64,000 nucleotides of DNA. Source: Octopus sinensis. Lineage: Eukaryota. Shown here piece by piece: positions 12,285 through 25,146 of the stretch. Under the pieces are notes generated by a model. The model made no database searches. It was not told the DNA's origin and saw only the letters and a program-made list of their open reading frames with translations. Each line of letters opens with the position of its first letter. Position 1 is the first letter of the stretch. Position numbers and translations under genes: made by a program. The stretch lies in contig NC_042999.1 in the NCBI RefSeq assembly GCF_006345805.1, positions 106,826,001-106,890,000 on the forward strand, in the 5' to 3' direction.

Positions 12285-12710
12285 ACATGATTGCCTCATC
12301 TTATCAAGTGATAGCTATTTAACATTAAATTATAGTGAGACATCTGTATATCGTTGGATTTAAGTGAGACAAGCTTGAACAAATTTTGCCACACTCTCAA
12401 TCATCATAGTAGATTTCAATGACAATCATTGCAAGACGATTGATACAATTCTGGTGGCAAGTTTTATGTATCAAAGTATCTTTCTCTTAAAAGATGACTT
12501 TGACAAAAATAATGGGAGCCTCCTCTACTCCTGGGAAATCTATTCAACCCACGGATGGGAACCTGACAGGTACTGCCATTCTGGATCAGATCAGGCCTGG
12601 GAATGAGGGTAATTAAGGGGCTGACTCCACACTTCCAAAAAATTCCAGAACTCAAAAACTGGAGCCTCACCACCAGTTGTAGTTTAATATCGTAGCCAGG
12701 ACACATAGCT
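12285..12710. repeat. Probable interspersed repeat, family unassigned
   Basis: Complex, GC-richer block embedded between (TACA)n and (TAGA)n tracts. No coding motif recognised and no second copy in the window. Confidence 0.35.
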
Positions 12711-12874
12711 AGCTAGCTACCTACCTACCTACATAGATACATAGATACATACATAGATACATACATAGATACATACATACATGCATCATATATACATACA
12801 TATATACATACATCCATACATATGTGCATGCGTGCATACATCCATACATCCATCCATCCATACATACATACATA

Positions 12875-13500
12875 CAAGTAAGAACCCACAGTATGGTAGA
12901 AGCCATAGTCAGTCATAATAAAAAGGCGTACTGGTGGAATGTTCCAATGAAAGCATCAATAAAATGTAAGCTCAACAGACCTGATATAATGATTTGGGAT
13001 AGAGAAGAGAAACTGTGCACAGTTGTGGAAATCAGCTGTTCAACAGATGTTAACATAAAGCTGAAGATCAGTGAAAAAGAGAACACCTATGCTAAACTAT
13101 TGAGAAATCTGTATTTACACTATACAGATTACAAGTTCAGGCTTATACATATATTTATTGGGGCCCTGGGATATGTAACACACTGCCTAAATACCAATCT
13201 TGAGAAATTAGGCTTCTCAAAACCAAAAAAAGAGATTCAAAGACTACAGATCCAATCCATCACTGGAACTGTAAAAATCTGTAAAACTTACCAGAAGTTT
13301 ATCATTTAAGTATATATAAGCATGTCAAGATGTGCAACTATATGTATGAAAATACTTACATAAAACAAAACATATGAATCTGCATGTATACAAACATACA
13401 TACATACAAAAATACCCAGTTGATTCGTTGAAATTTCAATGAAGGAGTCTTGCATCTAGGTAAGAAACCAGCACTTTCTTTATTGGTTAGAAATCTTGAA
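12875..13500 (+). mobile_element. R4/Dong-type (R2 superfamily) LINE 3' fragment with a restriction-like endonuclease, in (ATAC)n
   Basis: YWWNVP...KLNRPDIMIWDREEKLCTVVEISC...EKENTYAKL...IFIGALGYV (PD-(D/E)xK-type RLE). The 3' UTR ends TTGAAATAAAACTGAATGA followed by (CATA)n. Confidence 0.85.
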
Positions 13501-13739
13501 ATAAAACTGAATGACATACATACATACATACATACATACATATGTACGTACATAAATATATATGAGCATGTTTAGGTATTTAGATATACAACTATGTGTG
13601 TGAGAATACATATATAAAACATACAAATCTGCACATACATACATACATACATACATACATACATACATACATACATACATACATACATACATACATACAT
13701 ACATACATACATACATACATACATACATACATACATGCA

Positions 13740-13860
13740 AGCAAAAATACTCTGTTGTTGATGTTGAAATTCTAATGAAGGAGCCTTAGATCTATGTTAG
13801 AAACCGATTCTTTCTCTATTGGCAAGAAATCTTGAAATAAACTGAATAATGATATACATA
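13740..13860 (+). mobile_element. Second 3' tail of the same R4/Dong-type family
   Basis: GTTGAAATTCTAATGAAGGAGCC...GAAATCTTGAAATAAACTGAATAATGA matches 13425-13495; flanked by (ATAC)n. Confidence 0.8.
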
Positions 13861-14369
13861 CATCTGTACACACATGTGTATATTTATGCCTATCTATATC
13901 TGTGTTTGCGCCAGTTCAAAATCCTGTGGTTTTTAATTTTGTTCTTCATTGAGACCTGTAACTTAGTACAGGAATTTCCATTCCTTTTCAGTCTGCTGCA
14001 GGTTGAATATTGCACTGAAAGTGTTATGGTCTACCATCAGCTTTCTGAAACTGCTACTACTGAAAAGAATCAGTAGTAAAATACTTTTGAAGTAGTGATG
14101 GAAGCTCATATTGCACTTTGTTGCCAAGAAACATATATGCATCTATATGGTGCATTGAAAAAACAATCAGGTTTTCTAAATTTTTTTCACAGACTTCAAA
14201 AACTTAATGTAAACCTGTGGACTAAACATGGCAAACATGTGTACCCAAAGTGTGGTTAAAAACCTCTAGCATAGTGTTTTGACAGAGCTTTATAGAATTA
14301 GTACCAGACAAAATAAGTACTGAAGTTAATATGGTTAACTGGATTCTGTCAATGAGTGGAGCCTGTACT

Positions 14370-14590
14370 AGAATATTGGTTTCAAATTTTAGCACAGGAG
14401 CAGCAATTTTAGGGGAGGGATAAGTCACTTACACTAAACCCAGTATTCAACTTGTACTTATTTTATTGATCCCAAAGGGATGAAAGGCAAAGTCAGCCTC
14501 AGTAGAGTTTGAATCCAGAACATAAGTATTGACAAAATGCCACTAAGCATTTTGTCTGATGAGCTAACAATTTCGCCAACTCACTGTCTT
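14370..14590 (-). mobile_element. tRNA-derived SINE, family of 46102-46337 (degenerate)
   Basis: GGATGAAAGGCAAAGTC...TTTGAATCCAGAAC...CTAAGCATTTTG...GCTAACAATTTCGCC aligns to 46220-46330. Confidence 0.75.
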
Positions 14591-17500
14591 AGTATGTAGA
14601 AAAATAATGATAATGAATTACTTAATCCTGGTCTTAAAAAATATCTGCATTTTAGCAGGATCACATAAAGATAACTAGTTAATAAATGCATGCTTGTTAG
14701 AGACTACATTTTAATGATTACGTATATGGTAATCAACAAGGGAAGCACCCCTATAAATGCAGAGATGTATTAAACTGAATACTTAAGTTTTTCTTATCTT
14801 TCAGTCAGAAGGTAAGGAAGTGTTCATAACCTTTTTATAGGGTCTTTGAGATAGGTAGGAGTGAGGGATGAAGATATCCTCAAAGTAGAAATTGGTGTGA
14901 ATGCTTGCTGTACAGTGGACTCCTCAAAAGGCAAATCAGTTTCCAGGTGGTGATGCAAAAGTGGGTGATGAATTAAATCTACCATTGAAGTGAACAACAT
15001 CAGGATTTGAACTCAGAATGAGTTGGAACAAATACTGCAAGACATCAAATCTAATGTTGTTACACTTCTATCAATCAATGGCCCCAGTTTGGTATATTTT
15101 TATTAATCTCAAAAATATAGAAGTCCTAGATGACTTTGGCAGGATTTGAGTTCAGAGCATCATAGAAAGTGGGAATAAAAAGCACAAGAACCACAAAGCT
15201 GTCTGTAGCATTAGCAGGGCAGTCGAATTACTTCGCCCCAGCATAGTAGCACACTGGTGCTGCATTCCACCGTTCTTTAAAAGCTAACAGCAGAGGAAGA
15301 CACATGACGACTTCTGCCCAGAGTAATAGCGCACTTTTTAAAGTCGCTGTCTAAATGCTGGACCGTTAACATCTGGTCCCTTTCATCGCTGCTTTGCTTT
15401 ATCCCATTCAGATGTAGACACTAATCTATCAATGAGCTTGTGGTTCGTCTGGCTCAACACACTGTTGGATTTCTACCTCATCTCACTACCACTTCAACTT
15501 ATTGGATATTTTAGATTTGCTGCCAAGTACTGCAATTAACTACTCTGATGTGCATTAGGTTAGGGAATTAACTTATGCCCCCTACACCCTATTGTCTTGT
15601 ACACTTATCTCTGTTGTGCCAGATACTTCATGTGTGAGCAAGGAATAAATTATGTTTGTTAATCAAAAGCATTACCTTCTGATTTTTATCGTTACCTTTG
15701 TGTAAAACAAGCATTTATGCATTTCAAACCTTCTTACGTGCACACATCTAAATATACTTCCAAAACTGGCAAAGCTCAACTCTTAATTTACTTCTTGTTA
15801 TCCAACACCAGACAACTCTGCCTATTCCTTTCCTAACCTCTATTACTTGCTTTATTTATGGATCCAGCTTTCTTAACCTATAAATGTATTTGTGGTTTCT
15901 CTTTTACCTTTTCACCATACTCTTTCACAAGTATCCAATGTCGATGAAATTAACTCCTCAAAATAGAATATCTGAGGTTGTTCATAACTGATTGAACAAT
16001 TAATTAACATACATTTCATTAAAAAGAAATGGGATCGATGCCAGCCAGAACTTAATTACTGATCTAACTAGACTTTTGGTAGCAAATTTACAGCAGATGG
16101 TGTCTTTTACTCATCATGGAAGCTGAACGTCTATTAACACTTATATGATCATTGTCTGACAGGTAATTAGTTATCACTTATAGAAATAGCAAACTTATTC
16201 CTATATGTTCAGTGAGATCTAACAAATACAAGAAAGAGAAAATTATACTTGAATACAATGATTTTGAAATTATAAATAATTTATTTTGTTCTTTTTCTTT
16301 TCTCATTTGAATTGCTCTGATCACATTCTAAATACAGATGAGCAATGCAGAAGTTGACTAATAACTTTATATTAATAAATAGTTAATATGTATGAGAAAT
16401 AAAGTTGTCAATCAAATATTTTTGTGAAGACTGAAAACACACTAAAAAAGTTTTTTTTTTTTTTTTAATGAAGGATCTTCATATTAATTTGCTTTACACA
16501 AACTCATGTTTTACATAAATACCCAATATTGCTACGAGCAATATTTTCCATTTGCAAAGTAATATTTTATTTATAATATGAAAAATCTAAAGAATAGATA
16601 TCAATATGAAAAGGCAACTTTATTACTGATGTAAAATTCTCACTTAATATAAAACAAATTACAAAAAAATAAATGAACGCAAAATATTTTATTCAAAAAT
16701 CGCAAAATGTGAAAATATTCTAAAATACGGGAAAATGAATGTCTATACTCTAAATAATACAAAATCTACACAAATTAAAGAAAGATATTTGAAAATAATT
16801 AGAAAAACTTTCAGCACTTGATTACTGCTACAATTTTTATTTGCTCCCTGTACATGATGTGGTTTAGTTTAATATGTATCTTGTTTGTATCTGTGTGTAA
16901 CATCTTAATCTAAGATATAGAACTGAGTGCTAGACGTAAATATTTTACAAGCAGCTTAATTTCCTGGTGAGAGATTCAAGGAAATTGTTAGATCTCAGTT
17001 TCTCATAAATAGTTTAGTGAAATATTTCAGTTACTGGAAAAGAACTAAGGTTAAGAAAGAGAATTTTCTTTTGGCTTATTCACTTTAGAAGGTTAAATTC
17101 CAGTTTACATTTTTGTTTATTCAGTTTGTTATTTATTTTAAGCTGTAAGTTTTCCAGAAATATCTTTTACTGATGCCATCATCATCATCATCATAATCAC
17201 CACCACCACTACCATCAGCAATTGCAGCAACGTCACCACAACCTCCACCATCCATCATCATCATCATCATTTAACATTCTGAGTTCAAATCTCACAGAAA
17301 TTGATTTTGTTTTTCATCTTTCTGAGGTTAATAAAATAAATACCTGTGCATAAAATGAGGAAATAAGGAAAGGGTTAATGTAATTAGCAATATCTCCAGA
17401 AGGCGGGACTCCATCATTGTCCTAGTCCAAGGACAAAATTCAATAAAGTGACTGATGACGAATCTAAGTAAGGAAATTACTTAGATTCTGCTTACTTTAT

Positions 17501-17924
17501 TTCAGATAGCCAAGGATATTTAAGAGAGGTGAGAGTTTCTTTTGACTCAACACAAAGTTATATGTAAGAAATTTAGATAAGACGAAATGAGAACCAGTGG
17601 TGCTCAATTCTTTCTCGTGTTATTAGAGATGTAAATTTTAAAACGTTGCAACTACAAAATGAAACCTTGCTTTAATGTTTAAACTTTCTGATCTGTAACA
17701 TCCCTGAGGCTATAAATAAGATGAAAAAGCCAATGTCTGAAACCTTTCCTGATTGTTTGACCTATAACAAGAACCATCTAAATCCTTCTTTAATCCTACT
17801 TTGTCACTTCAAAGGAAGACCAGCAAATGTTGAACAATGTAGTCTTACATATCTTTAAAAAGACAATGTAATTTTACATCTGCATGATCAGAGCCATCTT
17901 AAAGTTAAACAAATTATATTACCA

Positions 17925-18080
17925 TTATCATTTAACGTCCTTGTTCCATGTTGGCATGGGTTGGATGGTTTGACAGGATCTGAAGTGTCCAAGGACTGCA
18001 TCAAGCTCCAATGTTTGCTTTTGCGTGATCTTTATGTCTGGCTGCTCTTCCTAATGCATTACAATGAGGACTGGACCCTT
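17925..18080 (-). mobile_element. RTE-type 3' tail
   Basis: TTTAACGTCC...CCATGTTGGCATGGGTTGGATGG...CTTCCTAATGC is the reverse of the tail at 41880-42020. Confidence 0.7.
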
Positions 18081-19034
18081 TTTCATGCACTATTGACATT
18101 GCCATGCAGTTTGTGTGGGGGGGGGTAGGGATTCAACTTCATGCTAGAGGTTGAGGAGGGATCTGTATGGTTGATCACATCAATGTGCATTAGAGGGAAA
18201 ATAATGTAAAAAAAACTTGAAAAAGGAACAGATGAATAGTTTCCCTCTTGTTAGTGACTCGACTATTTATAAAGGAAAAGAAAGTATCAACAAGTTATTA
18301 CATTCTACCATTGAAAATAAAAATATTTGCAAAAACACTATGGTTAAGAAGACCAGAACACAACCACTTGCGTTTGGGAGTGACTCCATTGCATAGCAGC
18401 TTTGGCAACTGTAGCTTAAGCTAACCAATGTTTTGTAATTGGAATGTGGTAGGTGGAAATTGTTTGGAAGCTTGTTGCTATGACGGATAACTTAGCAGTT
18501 TGACAACTATTGAATCCTGAAATAAATACTAGAATTGATGAAACCCTCCAAGATGCTGCCCATGCATTGATAAAATCTAATAATTGACTGAAACAAGTAA
18601 AAGATTATAGAGCTGGACAGGTTAAAGGTTATAATTTAACACTACCCCCAAAGATAAAGGTTTTATATTCTGCAGTAATCCTAAAATTTAAGAACTGCAT
18701 GGTGCAATATTTGACACAAGATAAACAGTAAATATTTACATTTGTGTCAGAGAAGACTTAAAAGTACGTATGGATGATTAAGAGAATCAACATTAAAATA
18801 ACAGAGTAGAACATATGATTATTATTACAATCGGAGAGATAAAGAGAGAGAGTATAAAGTGTAATAAAACAAGTTGATCTTGTTAATCCTTCATTGTGTA
18901 GCATATCTATAATGCAAAGTGATAAGAAGTTATTTTGATGTTATATCTAGTAGAGGTAGCAAGCTGGCAGAATCATTAGCACACCAGACAAAAAGCTTAG
19001 CAGCATTTTGTCCTCTTTATGTTTTGTGAAGGCA

Positions 19035-19335
19035 CAGGGCTCAGGGGTTAAAGTGTCAAGCTCACAATCATGAGGTAGTGAGTTCAATTCCTGGACCAGG
19101 CCGTGTGTTGTTCTTGAGCCAGAACATTGCTCCAGTTCACCCAGTTGAAGAAATGAGCAACAACGTTACTTTGCCTTTGCTTCGGATAACATTGGTGGCA
19201 TGGAGAGGGAAGGCTGGTTTTCATGGGAGACTGCCGGTCTTCCATGAACAATCTTGTCGGAACTTGTGCTTTGGAGGGAAACTTTTTAGGTGCAATCCCA
19301 TGGTCATTCATGGCTGAAGAGCGTCTTTACCCTTT
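19035..19335 (+). mobile_element. Full-length tRNA-derived SINE
   Basis: GGCACAGGGCTCAGGGGTTAAAGTGTC (A box), GAGTTCAATTCCTGG (B box), TGTTGTTCTTGAGC body, ends GTCTTTACCC followed by T-run. Confidence 0.75.
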
Positions 19336-19549
19336 TTTTTATCTAGTAGATTGAGTTATAATGTAAAGATTCCTTTGATTAGGAAAACATGAAATTGCTG
19401 CTATTTAACTCCCAAGTCAGCTCTGATTGTACATATCTATGAGTAAAATTGATTCAGCTATTATCATCATGTTATTTTGTATATCTAGGACTATGTGCTT
19501 TCAATTATCTAAGATGACTGTGAGTAATTTGATGAAGATCTTTTTGAGG

Positions 19550-20560
19550 AATTTTTTGAAAGATGCAATATTCTGACAGCTAATAACTGTTGTATTTAGT
19601 TCATTCCATGCTTCAACAATTTGGGGTATCAAAATTTTCCAAAAGTCATGGATTCTAAGATAGTTTTTGATTTTATAAGAATGCCCTTGGATATTGATTT
19701 CAAAAAGGCAGGTATTTTTGCTACTGAAAATGTGGTAGATAATCTTGTGGATTTCTACAAAATCAGCTGCCAGAAATTGAAGTGTTACATGTTGATGTCC
19801 AGTGAATCAAGACATTCAAGATAAGGTGAGTGACAGATGGAGATATTTGTTTAGTTGTATTGGAAGCTGAACAGCTTCCAATATTCTAGACAAGATGGGG
19901 GATTTAGGTTGAAGATGCAAACTATGTGAACATGCCACAGCTTCATATATAGCTTTAAATAATTAGCTGGTGAATAGCTGACGCTTTTCACCTTTTTGAT
20001 GAATTTATTAATGAAGATCATTGTTGACAATAATGTGGTCGTGTTTACCAGCAGACTTTTTTAGGTTAGTGTTGTAGAAGGAGAAGGTAAATTCTGAATA
20101 TTTCCTCCCAAAATGAATATATTTGGATTTGTCTACAGCTTGCTTGAATTACCAGTCACTGCTGCATTACAGGTAAGTGTATAGGAACATAGTAACTTGT
20201 TTAAGTTGGAATCTGTTTTGTCATTATATACAACATGAAACGGGGGAACCATGAAAATATCCTTGCAGGGCACTAGATGTAATTGCAAAGGATGCTATTA
20301 CCATGACTACCTCTTTTTTGGCCAAGAATGGAACATTTCAATCAATCATAAAGATCAGCCCTCATGCCCGTTGCGGATTAGGTTTGTGAGACACAGAATT
20401 AAAAACTTTGTCAAAGTCAAAATCGATAACATCCACCCATTAAAATGTCATCTGTGATTCAGATGATATCTTCAAGAAATTTGATTAGTTGGTCATAGGA
20501 GTTGGAGTTAGAGATAAGATGTAGATTAATCTCTTCTTCTGGTTTCTGCCCTCAGATGCT
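19550..20560 (-). pseudogene. Degenerate CR1/L2-group reverse transcriptase fragment
   Basis: Minus strand gives WVDVIDFDFDKVFNSVSHK (cf. VDVIYLDFxKAFDSVPH) and WIETFHS, with many stops and frameshifts. Confidence 0.65.
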
Positions 20561-21325
20561 GTCGTCCAGCTCTAAGTATCAACATCAACTCACTTCATGT
20601 TATGTGTATCCATAACCGTGCACCTCAGCCAAGATCTACCTTAATTTCTCATATCCTATACAACCATTAAACTAGATGTAGAAACTTAAAATTATGAGGT
20701 ATAAACTAAAATATTTTAAAGTTTGCCCACTGGCTCTCTACCTTCTGCACTGTTTCCAGTTGCATTTTAAATATAAAACAGCCATGATTTTATTCAGTAA
20801 TTTTGTGTGTGTGTTTCTCTGTGTGTGTCTGCAAGTGTCTATGTGTATGTGTGTATATGAAATGGAAAATGGAAAACATTTGGCGATTTCACATTTAGTT
20901 TGTTAAAGTAAGGTGAAAATTGCCATCATTATGCATATTAAATTATACATGTTTAATGAAGCAGTGGCTGAATAATTGATGAAGTCATCAGAGAATTAAG
21001 CAATGAGACATCTGGAGCAGAGAATGATGGAGTGAGAGAGGAAGAGAGATTGTCAGATTGATTGATGCCTTTAAACGATGTATAGAGTTGGGGATGAAGT
21101 AGGACAGATAGAAACCTAGACTCATTGTGACTGAAATAAAGTGGAATATATAGCAAGGGTGAAACAGAAATTTAGTGAGTGCATGAATGAACTAAATAGT
21201 AAGAGAAATTTAGTGAGAAAACGAGCTACAAACAGATATGTTTCTTTATTAGCCACACAGGGCTGCACACAGATAGAACAAATTACAAGGTGGAGCTTTT
21301 CTTTTGAAGGTTAAAAAAAAAAAAA

Positions 21326-21356
<31 letters not shown>

Positions 21357-21657
21357 AATTAAAATAAAATAAAAAGGGGGGGTCGATCAAAAGGGATCGT
21401 AAAAGGAGAGAAAGAGGACAAAAAAAAGAGGGGGGGTTAAAAAAAAGGGGGAGAGGAAAAAAATTGATCAATAGGGATCGTTATCACAGAAATGTCAATA
21501 TGAAGTGTAAAGGGGAGGACAGGTGAGGTTTACCCGTGGAAAGAAAAGCCTACGGAAAAGACCACGGTAACCTCGGTCAATGAAGTCACATGTTATATTT
21601 CTTTTTTTTTTTTTTTTTTTTTGCAAATAAGCAACTCTCTGTATTAATTTTTACGGT

Positions 21658-22625
21658 TCATAGAATCATAGTCAAGGTGGCTTCGTCATTCATACGTGCC
21701 ATCCTTGCTACATTCACCCATCTTTTTTTAAAACATTCACTAGACAAAACTTGCCTCTCTACTCTCACTTTTTTCTTCAAGTGATACTTGAAGAAGTTGA
21801 TGAGAGATTGACCAGAGAGGAAAGTGTTTGTCTCTAATCCTTTCAGGCGCGTCCACCAGATACATTCTTTCGCCATAGCCACAAGTATGATAAAAATAGC
21901 TCTTCCTTCCCGTTTGAAGGAAGGAGGCGTGACGATATTAACGATAGACTCGGCTGATAAACCGACACGTCCCACACGTGACAGCAGTCGTTCGACATAA
22001 GCCCACAGGTGGGAAATTGCTGGACACTGCACGATTGCGTGCAGAGCGGTTTCGTCGCTCTGCCCGCATCTCGGGCAGGTCGGCCCCGTGTTTCTCGAGC
22101 CATGCCTATAGAGCTTATCCCGAACGGGTAGCGCTTCTCGGTAGCACCGCCAGGCCAGGGATCTCTGGAAGTTGTCCATAGGTCCCGGGCCGAAAGTCGT
22201 TTGAAACAGGCGGGTCAGGTATTCCTCGTCGACGCCCAGGTTTGCCCCGAGCTCGTCGTCGTACCTCCCCTCCACTAATCCCCTATAGAATGCTTTGGTT
22301 GTGTTGAAGTCACTCAAGGTCGACCCGGGACGGCAGAGTTGCTTGAGAGCAACGCGACACTCGCGGTGCCATTCGCCCTTCTTCGGCCTCTTTTTGATCC
22401 ACGACTGTAGTTCGGTCATGGAGACGAGTTGCGGGAATGCGTGCCTCACAAACGGCGACCACACCTGTTCACCGTCGTCTACATAGAGCCGGAGATGTCG
22501 CAGTCTCAGCGCGTGTCTGCGCATCATCAACCACGGCATGCCCAGCCCTCCTTTTAACGGGTGTTGACAGCAAATGGATCGCCTGACCATCGGGACGCAT
22601 CCTTTCCACAAGAAGCGGAAGAGGA
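21658..22625 (-). CDS. Tx1 ORF2, part 2 (after a 1-nt frameshift): C-terminal zf-RVT-like domain
   Basis: Removing one C from ATTCCTC (~22625) gives KLERILFRFLWKG...GGLG...CPRCGQSDETALHAIVQC, continuous with part 1. Confidence 0.9.
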
Positions 22626-25096
22626 ATGCGTTCTAGTTTGGTGATGGTAGGGTCGGGACAAGGTACGACGGTCAGGCGGTAGTAGATGATGGACGCGATG
22701 TACGCGTTCACCACCTCCGCCCGACCTTTTAGGGACAGTTTCCTCTCGGCCCATTGCTGGGCGAGAGTGACCACCCTACTCGTTATCTCGTTCCAGTTCT
22801 TCTCCATTTGGAGGTCCGGACCGAACCAGACCCCGAGCAACTCAACCGGGCCGTCTGTCCAGCGTCCCACGACGGAGGTACTGGTGGACGGCATGGGCTT
22901 GCTTCTCCAGGTGCCGAGCCGCAAGCCCACTGACTTTTCCCGGTTGATTTTTGCTCCTGTCACCGCTTCGTAGTCTTTCAGTGTCTCGCCGACCCGCTCG
23001 ATGTGCTCGTGGCTTGACACTATGACGGTGACGTCGTCCGCGTATGCAGACACGCTCGTCCCGCATCCTAATTCTCGCGGGATGCCCCTCAGAGTCGCCA
23101 GCTTCCGCAGTAGTGGCTCAAGAGTCAATACGTATAGAAGCGCCGAGAGGGGGCATCCCTGACGGACCGAACGTGCAATGTCGAAGGGTCTCGATAGATG
23201 TCCATTTACGCGAATTACCGAACGGATGCCTCTGTACAAGGCAGCTATCCAGCCGCGGAAGACGGGACCGAAACCAGCCGCTCTCAGGACTGCCTCCAAG
23301 TATCGATGGTCTACCCTATCAAAGGCTTTCGATTGATCCAAGTTGATCAGGGCCCCACCCATGCCAGGTTCGTTAACTACCCTGTCTATGATGTAGCGCA
23401 TCAGATGGAGGTTGTCATGGATGCTCCGGCCCGGCACGGCGCACGTTTGTGCGTTGTCGACCAGTTTCTCCATGACAAGCGCCAACCTCTTGGCTAACAC
23501 CTTTGTCAAAATTTTCAGGTCTGCATTGAGCAGAGTGATTGGCCTAAAGTTATCTATAATGTTTCCCTTGTTTGGATCTTTCTTCAGCAGAGTTACAGCT
23601 CCTCGACTCACAAAACCGGGTATGCTCCCGTTTTGCTGCCAGTTGCAGTATACCGCTGCCAAGACGTCTCCAAACAAGTCTGGCATACAATAGTAAAATT
23701 CGTAGGGTAGACCATCCAAACCCGGTGATTTGTCCCTCGAGCATTCTGCCATCGCTTCCCGCACTTCCGCCGCCGTGATGGCACCTTCGCAGCACCCTGC
23801 CTTTCTTGTCGAGAGTCGTGGCAGGCTATGTAGGTAGGCACTGAAGTCTACCCTACGTTCTTGCCCTCCACTCGTCCCGAACAGTCGGGCAAAATGCTGC
23901 TGAAAGGCCTCACACATTTTACTTGGCTCGAGCAATTCGCGCCCCTGTTCATCTACCAGTGACCGAATGGTGGCTTTGTTGCCCTGTTGCGCCTCTGCCA
24001 CCCGGGCCTCTCTCGCGGCTCCAACACCTTCGTTCCTTAGAGCACGCATCCTAGCTCTGACAGCACATCCTTCGTGTTTGGCGTTGAAGTGTTGGTCGAG
24101 GGCCAACCTCGCCGCCAAAACGTCGGATGCGATGCCGCTTCTAATTGCCTCTTCTAGCTTCTTAACTAGCTCACCCTCTACTCTATTTCTATCTATGGCT
24201 AGTGCTTTGCTGTACCTAATCGCTTCTGCTTTTACTGCTCTCTTGAGGGCAAACCACCATTTGTTGTTGATGATGGCTCCCGTCAAAGCCCTCTTTACTA
24301 GTGTGCTAATCCGGTCTCTGAAAACTTGTCTGGACGGGAATGATGCGTTCAGTTTCCAGTACCCAGGACCCTGTCTATGTGCCTTATCTAAGTCTAGCGT
24401 ACACGTCACCAATTTGTGATCCGTGTAGCTGACTGTGTGGAATTGTGGACATCCTAAGTTATCCTTGTCTACTGTCCTACACAGTATCCTATCTAGATAC
24501 GATCTCGACGACCCACTGCGGTTGCTCCATGTCCACGTTGGTGCATTTGGGTGGTCGAGTCGGTACCTGTCAGACAGTTGGAATCGTCTGAGCAGGTCTC
24601 TGAGGCATTTGCATCCCCTTCTGTTTCTGTCTCTACCCACGTAGTCTACATGCGTGTCCAAGGTAGCATTCCAATCCCCCACTAAGAGTAAAGGACGAGA
24701 CGTTCCCAAGAATACTTCTAGACGTCGAAAGAAATCCGCCCGACCTGTTAAGGGCGGTGCGTAGACTGATACGAGTCGAAAAGCGCACCCATTGCTGCCG
24801 TCAACATCCAGAACGATCAGTCTACCCTCCGGGTCTACGAATATCGTCTTGACTTCGAGATCCAGGCTCTTGTGAAAAAGTACCGCGGTGCCACTACCGC
24901 CCATCCTCGGCAGACAGGGAGCGAAATAAATGTTAAACTGTCCGCCAAACATGGACTTTAGGGCCCGTGGCTCGTGGAGTCTGGTCTCACTTATGGCTAT
25001 GATTCCCAAATCATGTGACTTGATGTCATTTAGGAGGTATCCTTGTTTCCAAGGAGACCCCAAGCCACGCGCATTCACACAACCAATCTTGACCAT
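22469..25096 (-). CDS. Tx1 ORF2, part 1: APE endonuclease and reverse transcriptase
   Basis: APE motifs NARG, ETRL, GDWN, DRI, TDH; RT motifs RPITLLNADLKI, DQSKAFDRV, QGCPLS, YADD. The true frame is lost at ~22625. Confidence 0.95.
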   Translation of the reverse strand: MVKIGCVNARGLGSPWKQGYLLNDIKSHDLGIIAISETRLHEPRALKSMFGGQFNIYFAPCLPRMGGSGTAVLFHKSLDLEVKTIFVDPEGRLIVLDVDGSNGCAFRLVSVYAPPLTGRADFFRRLEVFLGTSRPLLLVGDWNATLDTHVDYVGRDRNRRGCKCLRDLLRRFQLSDRYRLDHPNAPTWTWSNRSGSSRSYLDRILCRTVDKDNLGCPQFHTVSYTDHKLVTCTLDLDKAHRQGPGYWKLNASFPSRQVFRDRISTLVKRALTGAIINNKWWFALKRAVKAEAIRYSKALAIDRNRVEGELVKKLEEAIRSGIASDVLAARLALDQHFNAKHEGCAVRARMRALRNEGVGAAREARVAEAQQGNKATIRSLVDEQGRELLEPSKMCEAFQQHFARLFGTSGGQERRVDFSAYLHSLPRLSTRKAGCCEGAITAAEVREAMAECSRDKSPGLDGLPYEFYYCMPDLFGDVLAAVYCNWQQNGSIPGFVSRGAVTLLKKDPNKGNIIDNFRPITLLNADLKILTKVLAKRLALVMEKLVDNAQTCAVPGRSIHDNLHLMRYIIDRVVNEPGMGGALINLDQSKAFDRVDHRYLEAVLRAAGFGPVFRGWIAALYRGIRSVIRVNGHLSRPFDIARSVRQGCPLSALLYVLTLEPLLRKLATLRGIPRELGCGTSVSAYADDVTVIVSSHEHIERVGETLKDYEAVTGAKINREKSVGLRLGTWRSKPMPSTSTSVVGRWTDGPVELLGVWFGPDLQMEKNWNEITSRVVTLAQQWAERKLSLKGRAEVVNAYIASIIYYRLTVVPCPDPTITKLERIPLPLLVERMRPDGQAIHLLSTPVKRRAGHAVVDDAQTRAETATSPALCRRR

Positions 25097-25146
25097 GATT
25101 CTATTGGGGTGTGTGCTTTAAAACACACAAATGAAAGTACAGAGAG

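Noticed and set aside
15473-15480. CTACCTCA, a let-7 8mer site (TGAGGTAG on the minus strand)
   Set aside because: A single 8-mer is expected by chance in 64 kb; no let-7 hairpin or UTR context.
19035-19110. tRNA-like A/B boxes (also at 33495, 44388, 46260)
   Set aside because: No complete cloverleaf or terminator, and they continue into SINE bodies; SINE heads, not tRNA genes.
20121-20177. Splice-like CAG...AG|GTAAGT cassette (34 nt)
   Set aside because: It lies antisense within a decayed CR1 RT; no evidence of use.
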